A stretch of DNA of 64,000 bases from Patescibacteria group bacterium (GTDB lineage Bacteria; Patescibacteriota; Microgenomatia; 2-02-FULL-39-11): positions 14,780 through 78,779 of the forward strand of contig JAMCUI010000007.1 in the NCBI GenBank assembly GCA_023379265.1, given 5' to 3'. Below, one piece after another: positions 8,297-16,855 of the stretch. The stretch's first letter is position 1; each line of letters begins with the position of its first letter. The notes under the pieces are model-generated. The model ran no database searches, was not told the DNA's origin, and saw nothing but the letters and a program-made list of their open reading frames with translations. Made by a program: the position numbers and the translations under genes.

Positions 8297-8741
8297 GGTC
8301 TCCTGGATATATCACATATCTATCAGCAGCAATAGTACCCGTTTTCCCATTTACCTTATATATCCAGCCGTATTGTCCACCATTTGCCCTATCGCCAATC
8401 TTGGTCACCATTATTCCGTATTTATACTGTTTTATCTCTATATCTATTTTCTTGTCAGTAGCCAATTTTTTAAGCGCCTGATATACTGTCTGTACGTATA
8501 CCTCGCCTGTTTCATTTTTTCCATTACCAAAATCAATTGACACTATTTCCAAAGATGTTACACTCTGCGTGGGTGACGGCTGCTGTTGATTGCTTAGCTC
8601 TGTGGTTTGAATATTACGGTTTACGATATTTGGTAAATTAATAACCGATTGCTGTTTTTGCAACACATATTGCCCAAAGACAACCAAAATTACTACGATT
8701 AAACCGGTAAATATAAACAATTTTTTTGAATTTCTTTTCAT
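8268..8741 (-). CDS. DUF4430-family (transcobalamin/intrinsic-factor beta-domain-like) secreted protein
   Basis: 157 aa. N-terminal signal anchor. The C-terminal motif GWIYKVNG...YVIYPGDHVEWIYS matches the W-x-Y-x-V-N-G ... D-G-D-x-V-x-W-x-Y signature of DUF4430 proteins, which are found next to ECF/cobalamin transporters. Confidence 0.5.
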   Translation of the reverse strand: MKRNSKKLFIFTGLIVVILVVFGQYVLQKQQSVINLPNIVNRNIQTTELSNQQQPSPTQSVTSLEIVSIDFGNGKNETGEVYVQTVYQALKKLATDKKIDIEIKQYKYGIMVTKIGDRANGGQYGWIYKVNGKTGTIAADRYVIYPGDHVEWIYSKF

Positions 8742-8796
8742 ACTGTCCCCCTTCCTTTCTATTGTGTCATATATGCTCCAGCCTTGACAAGTGGCG

Positions 8797-11283
8797 TTAA
8801 TTTATTGCTGTTTCTGAAGTAGCAGTGTCGCTAAAACTGTAAATTACTCCAGATAGGAGTATATTTGTTCTAAATCTCTTGTCATTCACTTTTATATTTT
8901 TTGTGTTTGCATTTTTGCCTTGAAATTTTCCTGAAAATAACAGTTTTTCTATTGATTTTACCTGCTGATCTTTGCCTTTTTTATACCATCTCCGGCTATT
9001 TTGACATTGTATTATATGCTGCTTAAGTTTGATAAATAAAACAAGACAATAAATTATAAAAAGAATCTCCCAATATGCTTCCTTATACTTATCCATTTCA
9101 AGATTTGACACCCGGTCTTGCAGTAATAATAACGGTAATAACCCATCTTTTAAGTTTAGGTATTGCTCCTCAAATAAGCTGTCATAACTTTTAAGAAATT
9201 CTATTTTCTCCTGTAACTGGTCTAGATTTTCTTGTGTAAATCTGTCGGAATAATCAGATATAAGCCGTTTCAGCTGAATATAGATAATTGTTGAAACAAG
9301 AAATTTAATCTGTTCGGGCATTTTATCCACTCTAAACACCTCCGTAAGTACTGACAATGAGGTAACAATATCTGAAATATTTTTGAGAATGGAAGGGATC
9401 TCTGGCTTTAAGAATGTCTGATCTCTAGAATCTTTGAGTAAATCTATTATTTCCTCAGTTAGAAATATCAAATCCATATATATTTCTCTTCTACCATTAC
9501 GAGTCAAACTATCCCGTTTTCCTGGATACGTAGCATTATTTTCCCCACATGTAAGAAAAGATTCCAATCTAAAATCATCAAAATATCTGAAAATATGTAC
9601 AAATCTTTCTGTAAAATCTGCATCCCACATCGGTTGAAAAATAAAACCATCCTTTTGAAAAGATGTGCTTTGTGAAATATCAAATCTATATTTATGCGCA
9701 ATAAGGCTATGTAATTTCATAAAGTCTTGCTGCACTTCTTTAGTATTTTGTGATAAACTAAATTCTCCAAATTGTCTACCTAACTTATTGCTATGTTCAG
9801 CGCTAAATTCTTTCTCTTCACTTAACTCTAAAGGTTTATTAGGACTCATCTCGATAATTTGTTTTTCGCTTCGTTTATAGCTCCCGGTCGTGCTTGAAAG
9901 TAGGGTTTTGAGATGACTTCTAGACTGATCTGGATTATGAGAAATCAGAAGAAACTGTTCAAAATTCAGTAATTGTTCTTCTAGTAAATCAATCTCAGCC
10001 AAAGTGTCTTTGACATAATTCCACGGCAATATTTCCTTTCGTTCATTGCTCTTTTCTTCACCATCTAAGATTTCTTTTTCTTCTTTCCCCTCCACGCTCT
10101 TTAACCATTCTTTTTTATCTAAAACATCTACTGGAAACACTTTGGGCAAAACAGTAGCTCCTACTGTATCATCAATCAAACTCCTCATAAAAGCATAAGC
10201 AGCCAACACACGCATCCGGTCTAGAGTATCAATCTCTCTAACCTCCTTGGCAAATTCGGTTTGAGATTTATCAAAATCACTTTTATTATCAGCATAAAAA
10301 TCTATCTCTTTGAAGTTTTCTTCTTTTTTCCTTTCTCTACCGTTTATCCTTTGAGTGGACATTCCATCAGACTCTAGTCTTTTGATACCATTTGTTCCGT
10401 TACCTCTACCTTCTCTAACAAAATCTTCTTCCACCTGTAAAACCAAAGCTTGAGCCATCATCGCAAAAGCTGTCTTTATATTCTTGTCTTTCTCTGCCAT
10501 CTTTTCCATTTCCCCTGCATAAAATTGCTCCTTTGCCTTATTTTCTGACTCTCTTTGGAAATCAGAGATTAATGTTTCCTGCTTAAACTTATCTAAAACG
10601 CTTTTCTCGCTTTCCCTCTTTTCTGCTGAAAACGATTGGGAAAATGATTCAAATATTTCCGTATGGTCAATATTTTTCCCCCGGGATTCAACTAAAACCG
10701 TTTCTTCTTCAATCGTATCGTGACGATCATGTTTTTCTCCAGTTACTCTATCCAAAAAATTCCATAGCGTGTCGCTATCCCCACCTACAGTATATGAAGT
10801 CAATTTGACGGTATCACCTTTTTTCTCTGCCTTATAAATCCTGTTATTTCTTCCGTGAGTATCCTTCGTCTCTTTCCTACTACTCACCCACACTGCAGTT
10901 ATATCAGACTCATCAGAAGCTATCTTATGATATTTATCAATAAGCTGACGATAGGTCTGCCCCCCATTCTCCTTATCATCAATCCATACCTCTGCCGCTT
11001 CTCCTTCCTGTGAGAGCAAAGTGTCCACGAATTCCTCCTGTCCGGAAATTTTATTTCTCACTTTTACATTTTTGCCTATCCTCAATGTAACTTGATTTAT
11101 GACGCTTCCATCGGTACTAAATTCATCCTGATATGTCCTCATATCCCGCGCCATGGCTGATACTGCTTTTTTACCCTCACCCAACCGCTCCATCACGCTA
11201 AAGGCTCTGGCGCTTGATAAATCATGATCTCCAGCTGAACCATTTGTTCCGATTCCCATCGGTGCAATCGCTTCAACCATCAT
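8797..11283 (-). CDS. large uncharacterised protein (828 aa), acidic/charged, single TM near C-terminus; first gene downstream of cobalamin-riboswitch-like leader
   Basis: Long ORF with no signal peptide and one hydrophobic segment (WEILFIIYCLVLFIKL) about 90 aa from the C-terminus. No catalytic motif recognised. Confidence 0.45.
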   Translation of the reverse strand: MMVEAIAPMGIGTNGSAGDHDLSSARAFSVMERLGEGKKAVSAMARDMRTYQDEFSTDGSVINQVTLRIGKNVKVRNKISGQEEFVDTLLSQEGEAAEVWIDDKENGGQTYRQLIDKYHKIASDESDITAVWVSSRKETKDTHGRNNRIYKAEKKGDTVKLTSYTVGGDSDTLWNFLDRVTGEKHDRHDTIEEETVLVESRGKNIDHTEIFESFSQSFSAEKRESEKSVLDKFKQETLISDFQRESENKAKEQFYAGEMEKMAEKDKNIKTAFAMMAQALVLQVEEDFVREGRGNGTNGIKRLESDGMSTQRINGRERKKEENFKEIDFYADNKSDFDKSQTEFAKEVREIDTLDRMRVLAAYAFMRSLIDDTVGATVLPKVFPVDVLDKKEWLKSVEGKEEKEILDGEEKSNERKEILPWNYVKDTLAEIDLLEEQLLNFEQFLLISHNPDQSRSHLKTLLSSTTGSYKRSEKQIIEMSPNKPLELSEEKEFSAEHSNKLGRQFGEFSLSQNTKEVQQDFMKLHSLIAHKYRFDISQSTSFQKDGFIFQPMWDADFTERFVHIFRYFDDFRLESFLTCGENNATYPGKRDSLTRNGRREIYMDLIFLTEEIIDLLKDSRDQTFLKPEIPSILKNISDIVTSLSVLTEVFRVDKMPEQIKFLVSTIIYIQLKRLISDYSDRFTQENLDQLQEKIEFLKSYDSLFEEQYLNLKDGLLPLLLLQDRVSNLEMDKYKEAYWEILFIIYCLVLFIKLKQHIIQCQNSRRWYKKGKDQQVKSIEKLLFSGKFQGKNANTKNIKVNDKRFRTNILLSGVIYSFSDTATSETAIN

Positions 11284-11319
11284 AAGAACTTAGAGAAACT
11301 ACATTTTCATTTAAGCCAA

Positions 11320-11345
11320 TAAAAAACCCTCTATCTCAAGAGGGT
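11320..11345 (-). terminator. intrinsic terminator (riboswitch expression platform)
   Basis: On the minus strand: ACCCUCU-UGAGAUAG-AGGGU hairpin followed by UUUUUUAUU. It lies between the aptamer and the start codon at 11283. Confidence 0.5.
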
Positions 11346-11454
11346 CAAAATGATCAACGAATTCTCAAGTTACCCAATTTCAAACAAGCAAATTATGTGT
11401 ACTTATTGATTGATTGGATAATTGTATTGTTTGTTGATTTATTACTTTCCTGCT

Positions 11455-11575
11455 CGGGATAAACTTGAAGGGGAGTTCCCGGCTTATATCGCAGAAGGCG
11501 AAATTCACGGTTGCGGCACAGTCCCTGATTTTCACAGGGTTCCTCTTTTCCTTCAATAGAGTTGTTAATTTACTT
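11455..11575 (-). ncRNA. cobalamin (B12) riboswitch, short-type aptamer
   Basis: The minus-strand RNA reads GGAACCCUGUGAAAAUCAGGGACUGUGCCGCAACCGUGAA...AAGCCGGGAACUCCCC. This matches the cobalamin riboswitch core GGAA-nnn-GGUG-AAA-UCC...GC-C-CCGCAAC-UGUAA and a B12-box-like AAGCC-GGGA...CCCC. It is followed by a terminator and then a gene. Confidence 0.55.
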
Positions 11576-12154
11576 CGTACTCAACCAGACATTTTCTTTT
11601 ACTTTTGCCATCTTATTAAGATATCTGGCTGTCTCAAAAAAAAGATCCGACAATCTATTTAAGTACACCAAGACTAATCTGTCAACATTGCTTTCTGTAT
11701 TATAAAGTCGCACTACTTCCCTCTCAGCTCTACGGCAGACAGATCGAGCAAGATGGGAAAACGATGCGGCTTTTGTGCCTCCCGGCAATATAAAATTTTT
11801 CAAAGGCTCAAGCTTTTCATCTATACTATCAATTAGCACTTCCATCTCACTATCACGCCCCTTTATGTTAACCAAATCGGATTTTCCAAGCGCCAGATGC
11901 GAACCAATTGAGAGTAAATCAGACTGTATTTTATGGAAAAAATCGGAAAGTTTCTTCTCTTTTTCCAAATGGGAAATAAGAACTCCAACTACAGAATTGA
12001 GCTCGTCAACTGTACCAAAAGCAACAACCCGCAAATTATGCTTCTCGACCCTTGTACCACCGTATAAAGAGGTTTTCCCATCATCACCAGTACGTGTGTA
12101 TATCTTTACTCTATTACCGGTTTTAATACTTCGTTTGGAATTTTTGCTTTTCAC
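11570..12154 (-). CDS. pduO: ATP:cob(I)alamin adenosyltransferase, PduO type
   Basis: 194 aa. N-terminal IYTRTGDDGKTSLYGGTRVEKHNLRVVAFGTVDELNSVVGV matches the PduO/MMAB signature (IYTRTGDxGxTSL...R...YG..DEL). Confidence 0.8.
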   Translation of the reverse strand: MKSKNSKRSIKTGNRVKIYTRTGDDGKTSLYGGTRVEKHNLRVVAFGTVDELNSVVGVLISHLEKEKKLSDFFHKIQSDLLSIGSHLALGKSDLVNIKGRDSEMEVLIDSIDEKLEPLKNFILPGGTKAASFSHLARSVCRRAEREVVRLYNTESNVDRLVLVYLNRLSDLFFETARYLNKMAKVKENVWLSTK

Positions 12155-12184
12155 GGAACCGCCTGTTCTTGTGTATAAAGTGAC

Positions 12185-14515
12185 TTAACATTCACTATAC
12201 CCGCAGCTGTAACACTTTTTACAACCTTCCTCAAAAGCCAACGATGCTTCTCCACATGAAGGACATAAATCATAGTCTGACTTTTCGGCGAGTAACGGCT
12301 GCTGCGTCAGGACTGATATTGTCGTCATACCATTTTGTATCTGATTATGCGCTACGCCATTTCCGTTTTTTATCTTGTAACCAAAATGCATTGCTAGCAC
12401 TTTGGCAACAGCATCCGGTAGTGACCTTACTTTTTTATCACCAAACCCTAAAGATTTTGATCCGCCAATACCGATAAGCTGATTGAATATCTGTTTGGCT
12501 CTTTCACTAGATGGAACGTTGGACTGCATCCTCAGCGCCAATGAAGCCAACCTACCCATAGCTTCTGCCATGGCAGTGACGTCAGATCCGGCCTTTCCGA
12601 CATTAATAAAGATTTCCAACGGTTCATTACTTTCACCGGTATTTATGGTGACAAAGGCCGCTCCAACTGGTGTATCGATCTGATATGTAGCTCCGTTTAC
12701 CATCATCGGTCTTGATTTTATCTGAGCTTTTGCCTCTCCATTGTGTTTTTCTTCCTTCTTCTCTTCAGTTTTTTCCGTAACTCTCTCCAACACTCCCGGC
12801 CTGCTACCATCTCTCATATACGTCATCCCTTTACAACCCAGATCATAAGCCAGACGATAAAGTTTTTGGACGTCTGCTACGGTATGCGTTTTGGGAGCGT
12901 TTACAGTCTTAGAGATAGAAGCATCCACATATTTCTGGATGGCAGCCTGCACCTTTACATGATCCTCAGGAGACAAATCATTGGCTGAGACAAAATATGA
13001 GGGAACAGGATCATTGGGATTCTTCTTTTTCCATTCTTCAAACAGCGGATGATAAAGCCTATGCTCTCCCAACCTGTCACGTCTGATGAACGAAAACTCA
13101 TAAACAGGCTCTATTCCTGAGGATACTCCAGCCAGAAGCGATGTGGAACCTGTTGGTGCTTGCTGTAGAAGAACTGAATTCCTTATGCCCCATTTTTTTA
13201 TTCCGTCCCTAATTTTCTTGGGCAATTGCTTGATAAAATAGCCTTTAAGATGTTTCTTTGTATCAAGTTTGGGAAATGATCCTTTTTCTTTGGCTATTTC
13301 AATTGAAGACTCGTAAGCAGCATCCCTTATTATCCTGTAAATTTTATCTATTATTTTGAGTGACTCGTCAGATCCATATCTAATCTTCATTTTTATCAGG
13401 GCATCTCCCAACCCCATCGTGCCCAAGCCGATACGTCTTTCACCGTTTTGCTGCACTTCCCTTATCTGGGGAAATACGTAAGCATCAGCATCAATTATGT
13501 CATCCTGAAACCTGACGCCAACTTTGGCGATTTCTGCCATTTGCTTGAGATCTATCCTTCCTTCCTCATCAACCAGTGAAGCCAGATTTATTGAGCAAAG
13601 ATTGCAGACTCCCCAGGCGGGTAGACCTTCTTCACCACAAGGATTTACGCAGTTTATCTTATTGAAATACCAATTATTAAACCATTTATTATATCTCTCC
13701 ATAAATACCACACCCGGCTCTGCTGAAGCCCAAGCAGCCTCGGCTATCATATCCCAGATTTTTCTAGCCTTTACTGTCTTCACCACTCTCACTTTTTTCC
13801 CAAGTTTTAACCAATTATCTAGATAACCATCCCATTTGGTATCATATTCCTTATCATTTATATCGGGGAACACCAGATCCCAATCACCATCTTTTTTTAC
13901 CGCATCCATAAATTTATCAGAAACACAAACCGAAAGATTGGCGCCGTTTATTCTGGATAAATCTCTTTTGACGGTAATGAATTCCTCGATATCTGGATGC
14001 CAATCCCACAACATAAGCATGAGGGCTCCACGCCTTGTTCCTCCCTGCTGGATGATATCTTTTGTTGCTACCGAAAAAAGTTCAGCCCAATTGCATGGAC
14101 CCGAAGAAAATCCATTTACCTTCTTCACACGGGAACCACGCGGCCGCAGAGATGAAAGGTTTATACCCACCCCTCCTCCTCTAGCCATAATCTCAACCAT
14201 TTGCTTTAGTGTTTCCAGTATTCCATCACGTGAATCTTTTGGGGAAGGAATAACAAAACAGTTGTAATAAGTTACTTTATATCCTGTTCCTGCTCCTGAT
14301 AGTATCCTTCCTCCAGGAACAAGTTTGAAATTTTCCATAGCATCGTAAAACTTCTTCTCCCAAGATTTTCTTTCTTCAGGCTTTTCCATCTCTGCCACAC
14401 CTCTGGCCACTCTTTTCCATAATTCTTCCGGTGTTTTTTCCTGGGGATTACCTTTATCGTCTTTTAAGGAGTAACGATCTAAAAAGACCTGTTCGCGGAT
14501 GCCTGTTAATTTCAT
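12185..14515 (-). CDS. nrdJ: ribonucleoside-diphosphate/triphosphate reductase, adenosylcobalamin-dependent (class II)
   Basis: 776 aa. Class II active-site region NPCGEEGLPAWGVCNLCSINL, a glycyl-radical-free architecture, and a C-terminal Cys-rich zinc ribbon CPSCG...CKKCYSCGYSEC. Confidence 0.9.
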   Translation of the reverse strand: MKLTGIREQVFLDRYSLKDDKGNPQEKTPEELWKRVARGVAEMEKPEERKSWEKKFYDAMENFKLVPGGRILSGAGTGYKVTYYNCFVIPSPKDSRDGILETLKQMVEIMARGGGVGINLSSLRPRGSRVKKVNGFSSGPCNWAELFSVATKDIIQQGGTRRGALMLMLWDWHPDIEEFITVKRDLSRINGANLSVCVSDKFMDAVKKDGDWDLVFPDINDKEYDTKWDGYLDNWLKLGKKVRVVKTVKARKIWDMIAEAAWASAEPGVVFMERYNKWFNNWYFNKINCVNPCGEEGLPAWGVCNLCSINLASLVDEEGRIDLKQMAEIAKVGVRFQDDIIDADAYVFPQIREVQQNGERRIGLGTMGLGDALIKMKIRYGSDESLKIIDKIYRIIRDAAYESSIEIAKEKGSFPKLDTKKHLKGYFIKQLPKKIRDGIKKWGIRNSVLLQQAPTGSTSLLAGVSSGIEPVYEFSFIRRDRLGEHRLYHPLFEEWKKKNPNDPVPSYFVSANDLSPEDHVKVQAAIQKYVDASISKTVNAPKTHTVADVQKLYRLAYDLGCKGMTYMRDGSRPGVLERVTEKTEEKKEEKHNGEAKAQIKSRPMMVNGATYQIDTPVGAAFVTINTGESNEPLEIFINVGKAGSDVTAMAEAMGRLASLALRMQSNVPSSERAKQIFNQLIGIGGSKSLGFGDKKVRSLPDAVAKVLAMHFGYKIKNGNGVAHNQIQNGMTTISVLTQQPLLAEKSDYDLCPSCGEASLAFEEGCKKCYSCGYSEC

Positions 14516-14566
14516 ACTTTTAATATAAGCTAAATCTTAATAATGACTGACAAAACATGAGACTAT

Positions 14567-15013
14567 TTACAACAATTTATTCAACTCTCTCTCAAAATCT
14601 TCCAAATCTACAAATCTTCTGAAAACTGACGCAAACCTTATATATGCAATCTTGTCTACTTTCTTCAGTTTGTTTGCAACCAGCTGACCTATTTTTTTAC
14701 TGTCAACCTCTGTCGTATCCAAACCTCTCAGTTCTCTTTCTATCTCATCTGTAATCCGCTCTATATCTTCTATTCCAACAAGCGTCTTTTCGCAAGATTT
14801 TATAATCCCGTGTTTCAATTTATCTCTGTCAAACTGCTCTTTTCTCCCATCTTTTTTTATGACAATTATAGGAACACTTTCCACTCTTTCGTATGTGGTA
14901 AATCTTTTCGTACATTTACTACATTCCCTTCTCCTTCTGGTTGTACCCAGATCTTCACTATCTCTTGTTTCAACAACCTCTGTATCGCTATTACTACAAA
15001 ACGGGCATTTCAT
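14567..15013 (-). CDS. nrdR: transcriptional repressor NrdR
   Basis: 148 aa. N-terminal zinc ribbon MKCPFCSNSDTEVVETRDS...CSKC followed by an ATP-cone domain. Confidence 0.9.
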   Translation of the reverse strand: MKCPFCSNSDTEVVETRDSEDLGTTRRRRECSKCTKRFTTYERVESVPIIVIKKDGRKEQFDRDKLKHGIIKSCEKTLVGIEDIERITDEIERELRGLDTTEVDSKKIGQLVANKLKKVDKIAYIRFASVFRRFVDLEDFERELNKLL

Positions 15014-15176
15014 TTTTTATTTATTAATTTTCTTATCAAAAAAAACTGTCTTAAACTATATATTGAGCTTCTAATGGCTAGTTTATAGTATAAAATCCAG
15101 TATTTTCAGTAATATTTTGGCAATATTTAGTCGTTTTTGGCGCATAAAAAACACGCGTTTGCGTGAAAAACTTTCA

Positions 15177-15192
15177 ACCCTATCTATAGTGT
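15177..15192. promoter_or_regulatory. candidate NrdR box upstream of nrdR
   Basis: ACCCTATCTATAGTGT matches the NrdR-box consensus acaCwAtATaTwGtgt at about 14 of 16 positions. A weaker second site is at about 15053-15067 (AAACTATATATTGAG). The spacing is not canonical. Confidence 0.25.
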
Positions 15193-15380
15193 TCAAAACT
15201 ATACTATGACCCTAAATAGACACTGTCAAGAAGACAAATTATATCAAACGACATCAGTTTAAAAATCAGCCTCAGGAAAATTTTTTTTCTTATAATGGCC
15301 GTATTTTCTTTAGTCTTTCTTTTCGTTTGTGAAAACACTTTTTCAGTTGGAAAATTATTGTATCCAAAAAACAGCTAATA

Positions 15381-15965
15381 TCACCTTGAGGCAGCAATCT
15401 GTTGTATCGCCTGATGAGTAACACCTAAGGCATCTAACAACCTTTTACTGTAATTTTTATCGTTACTGTTAGCGTTAATTCCGTTTATTATTTCCTCATG
15501 TTTTTTTGCTGCCAAATCCAGCTTATCAGCCAATCCCGGGGGTAAATCTCCTGTCTTTTTTATATCGTTTAACTCTACAGCAGCAGTCAGGAGATATTTT
15601 TCTCCTTTGGTAATAGTATCGATACTCAAGTTGTACTCATTCTTATCCCATAATTGTTGACCCATAACCAGCCGTTTATCAGAAAAAAGAAGATTAAGTT
15701 GTACCTTTCTAACCGAATCTTTGGTGAAAAAAAGCAGTATATGATCTCTTAATACTTTAAGAAAGTATAAAGGACTATCAGGTAAGATTCCTGGATAAGG
15801 CAATGTATATTCTACAGAGGGTGTAGGGGTAAGCGTGATACTGGGAATGGACGCCTCTGTCGTCTTTGATAGAACAGCGTAAACAGAAACCTGGGGAAAA
15901 ATAAAGATAAAAAGCAGGCAGAATATGGCTATAAATAATCTGCGAATCATTCTTGGTAGTACCAA
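15381..15965 (-). CDS. secreted DUF5667-like protein
   Basis: 194 aa. Signal peptide, then the motif YTLPYPGILPDSPLYFLK typical of DUF5667 proteins, which are common in CPR genomes. Confidence 0.45.
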   Translation of the reverse strand: MVLPRMIRRLFIAIFCLLFIFIFPQVSVYAVLSKTTEASIPSITLTPTPSVEYTLPYPGILPDSPLYFLKVLRDHILLFFTKDSVRKVQLNLLFSDKRLVMGQQLWDKNEYNLSIDTITKGEKYLLTAAVELNDIKKTGDLPPGLADKLDLAAKKHEEIINGINANSNDKNYSKRLLDALGVTHQAIQQIAASR

Positions 15966-16045
15966 TTATATACCTTACAGGTAATAATGCAATTACAGTT
16001 TCGCCTTATGTAGCCGTCTAATAAACAAATATATTATGGTATTTA

Positions 16046-16646
16046 TCAACTTTTAAGCATTTTGTACGTATTTAAGGTTTTATAGATTGGCCCTGAAGAA
16101 GTCAATGTACTGTCAATAAGTGAAATTCCTCTTACTGAAAATTTTTCCGTAAGTTGGAATTTATGATTTAGAATAGTATATTTTAATTCTTCTTGCCTAT
16201 TACCTCCAATATGTCTTCCGCGTCCTAATGTAATATGTGAATTATATTTTCTTTTCTCTTTTTCAAAACCTAAAACCGCTAGATTATCATCAAGATTCTG
16301 CACCAACCTCAATAAATTATGGTTTGTGTTTGCACCCAACCAGACGATAAACTGTTCTTTGGAAAAATATCCAATCTTATTGAAAATAATATCAAACTGA
16401 TATACGTTTTCAACACATTTTTCAATTGCGGCGTTTATCCTTTTTAATAATTCTCTTGTGTCCTTTGATTTTATTTTGGCAACTCTCAAATCAGAATTTA
16501 TGTTGCCTAAAAATTTCAGTGTCAAATGTATATTTTCCCTTTTAGTCCAGGCAACCTCAGGGAATTTTTCTCTCAGTTCGGTAAAAAAGAGAAATTACGT
16601 TGTTTCTAAACACTTGGGGAAATTGAAAGGCGATAAATAACCTCAT
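16046..16646 (-). pseudogene. thpR: RNA 2',3'-cyclic phosphodiesterase (2H phosphoesterase LigT/ThpR), interrupted by a frameshift at an A6/T6 homopolymer
   Basis: The ATG at 16646 opens MRLFIAFQFPQVFRNNVISLF, which hits a stop after 28 codons. The neighbouring frame continues TELREKFPEVAWTKRENIHLTLKFLG... through the second H-x-T motif (HITLGRG). Deleting one T from the T6 run (forward A6 at 16583-16588) restores one continuous ~200-aa LigT. Confidence 0.6.
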
Positions 16647-16855
16647 ATATACATACGTATAAACAACTCGAGCCAGTCATTATTTAGAGATGCAACGTAT
16701 GGTAAATTTCAGAAGATCGCAGATGGAATGATTATTCCAGTTTTTTATATGTATATGAAATAGGTAATAATATACGTTCTACTCTCTAAACAACATACTA
16801 ACAAAATATTCTATCCTAGCAAGCTAGTAAATTTCCCTACAATAGAACTAGAGTA

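Noticed and set aside
11465-11662. 65-aa ORF on the plus strand overlapping the riboswitch/pduO 3' end
   Set aside because: It lies antisense to a structured RNA leader and the end of pduO. It has no conserved features and is almost certainly spurious.
14516-14566. Possible NrdR box between nrdR and nrdJ
   Set aside because: The 51-bp spacer contains no 16-bp palindrome resembling acaCwAtATaTwGtgt. The two genes are more likely co-transcribed from the nrdR promoter.
15145-15170. Inverted repeat CACGCGTTTGCGTG upstream of nrdR as a terminator
   Set aside because: The short stem is not followed by a U-tract on either strand. It could be a protein-binding palindrome, but there is no supporting evidence, so it is not called.
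16046-16525. ORF-track version of ligT starting at TTG (MTLKFLG...)
   Set aside because: The frame upstream reads ...RENIHLTLKFLG with the conserved His of the first HxT motif, and the true N-terminus (MRLFIAF...) is in another frame. The TTG start is an artefact of the frameshift, so the gene is called a frameshifted whole instead.
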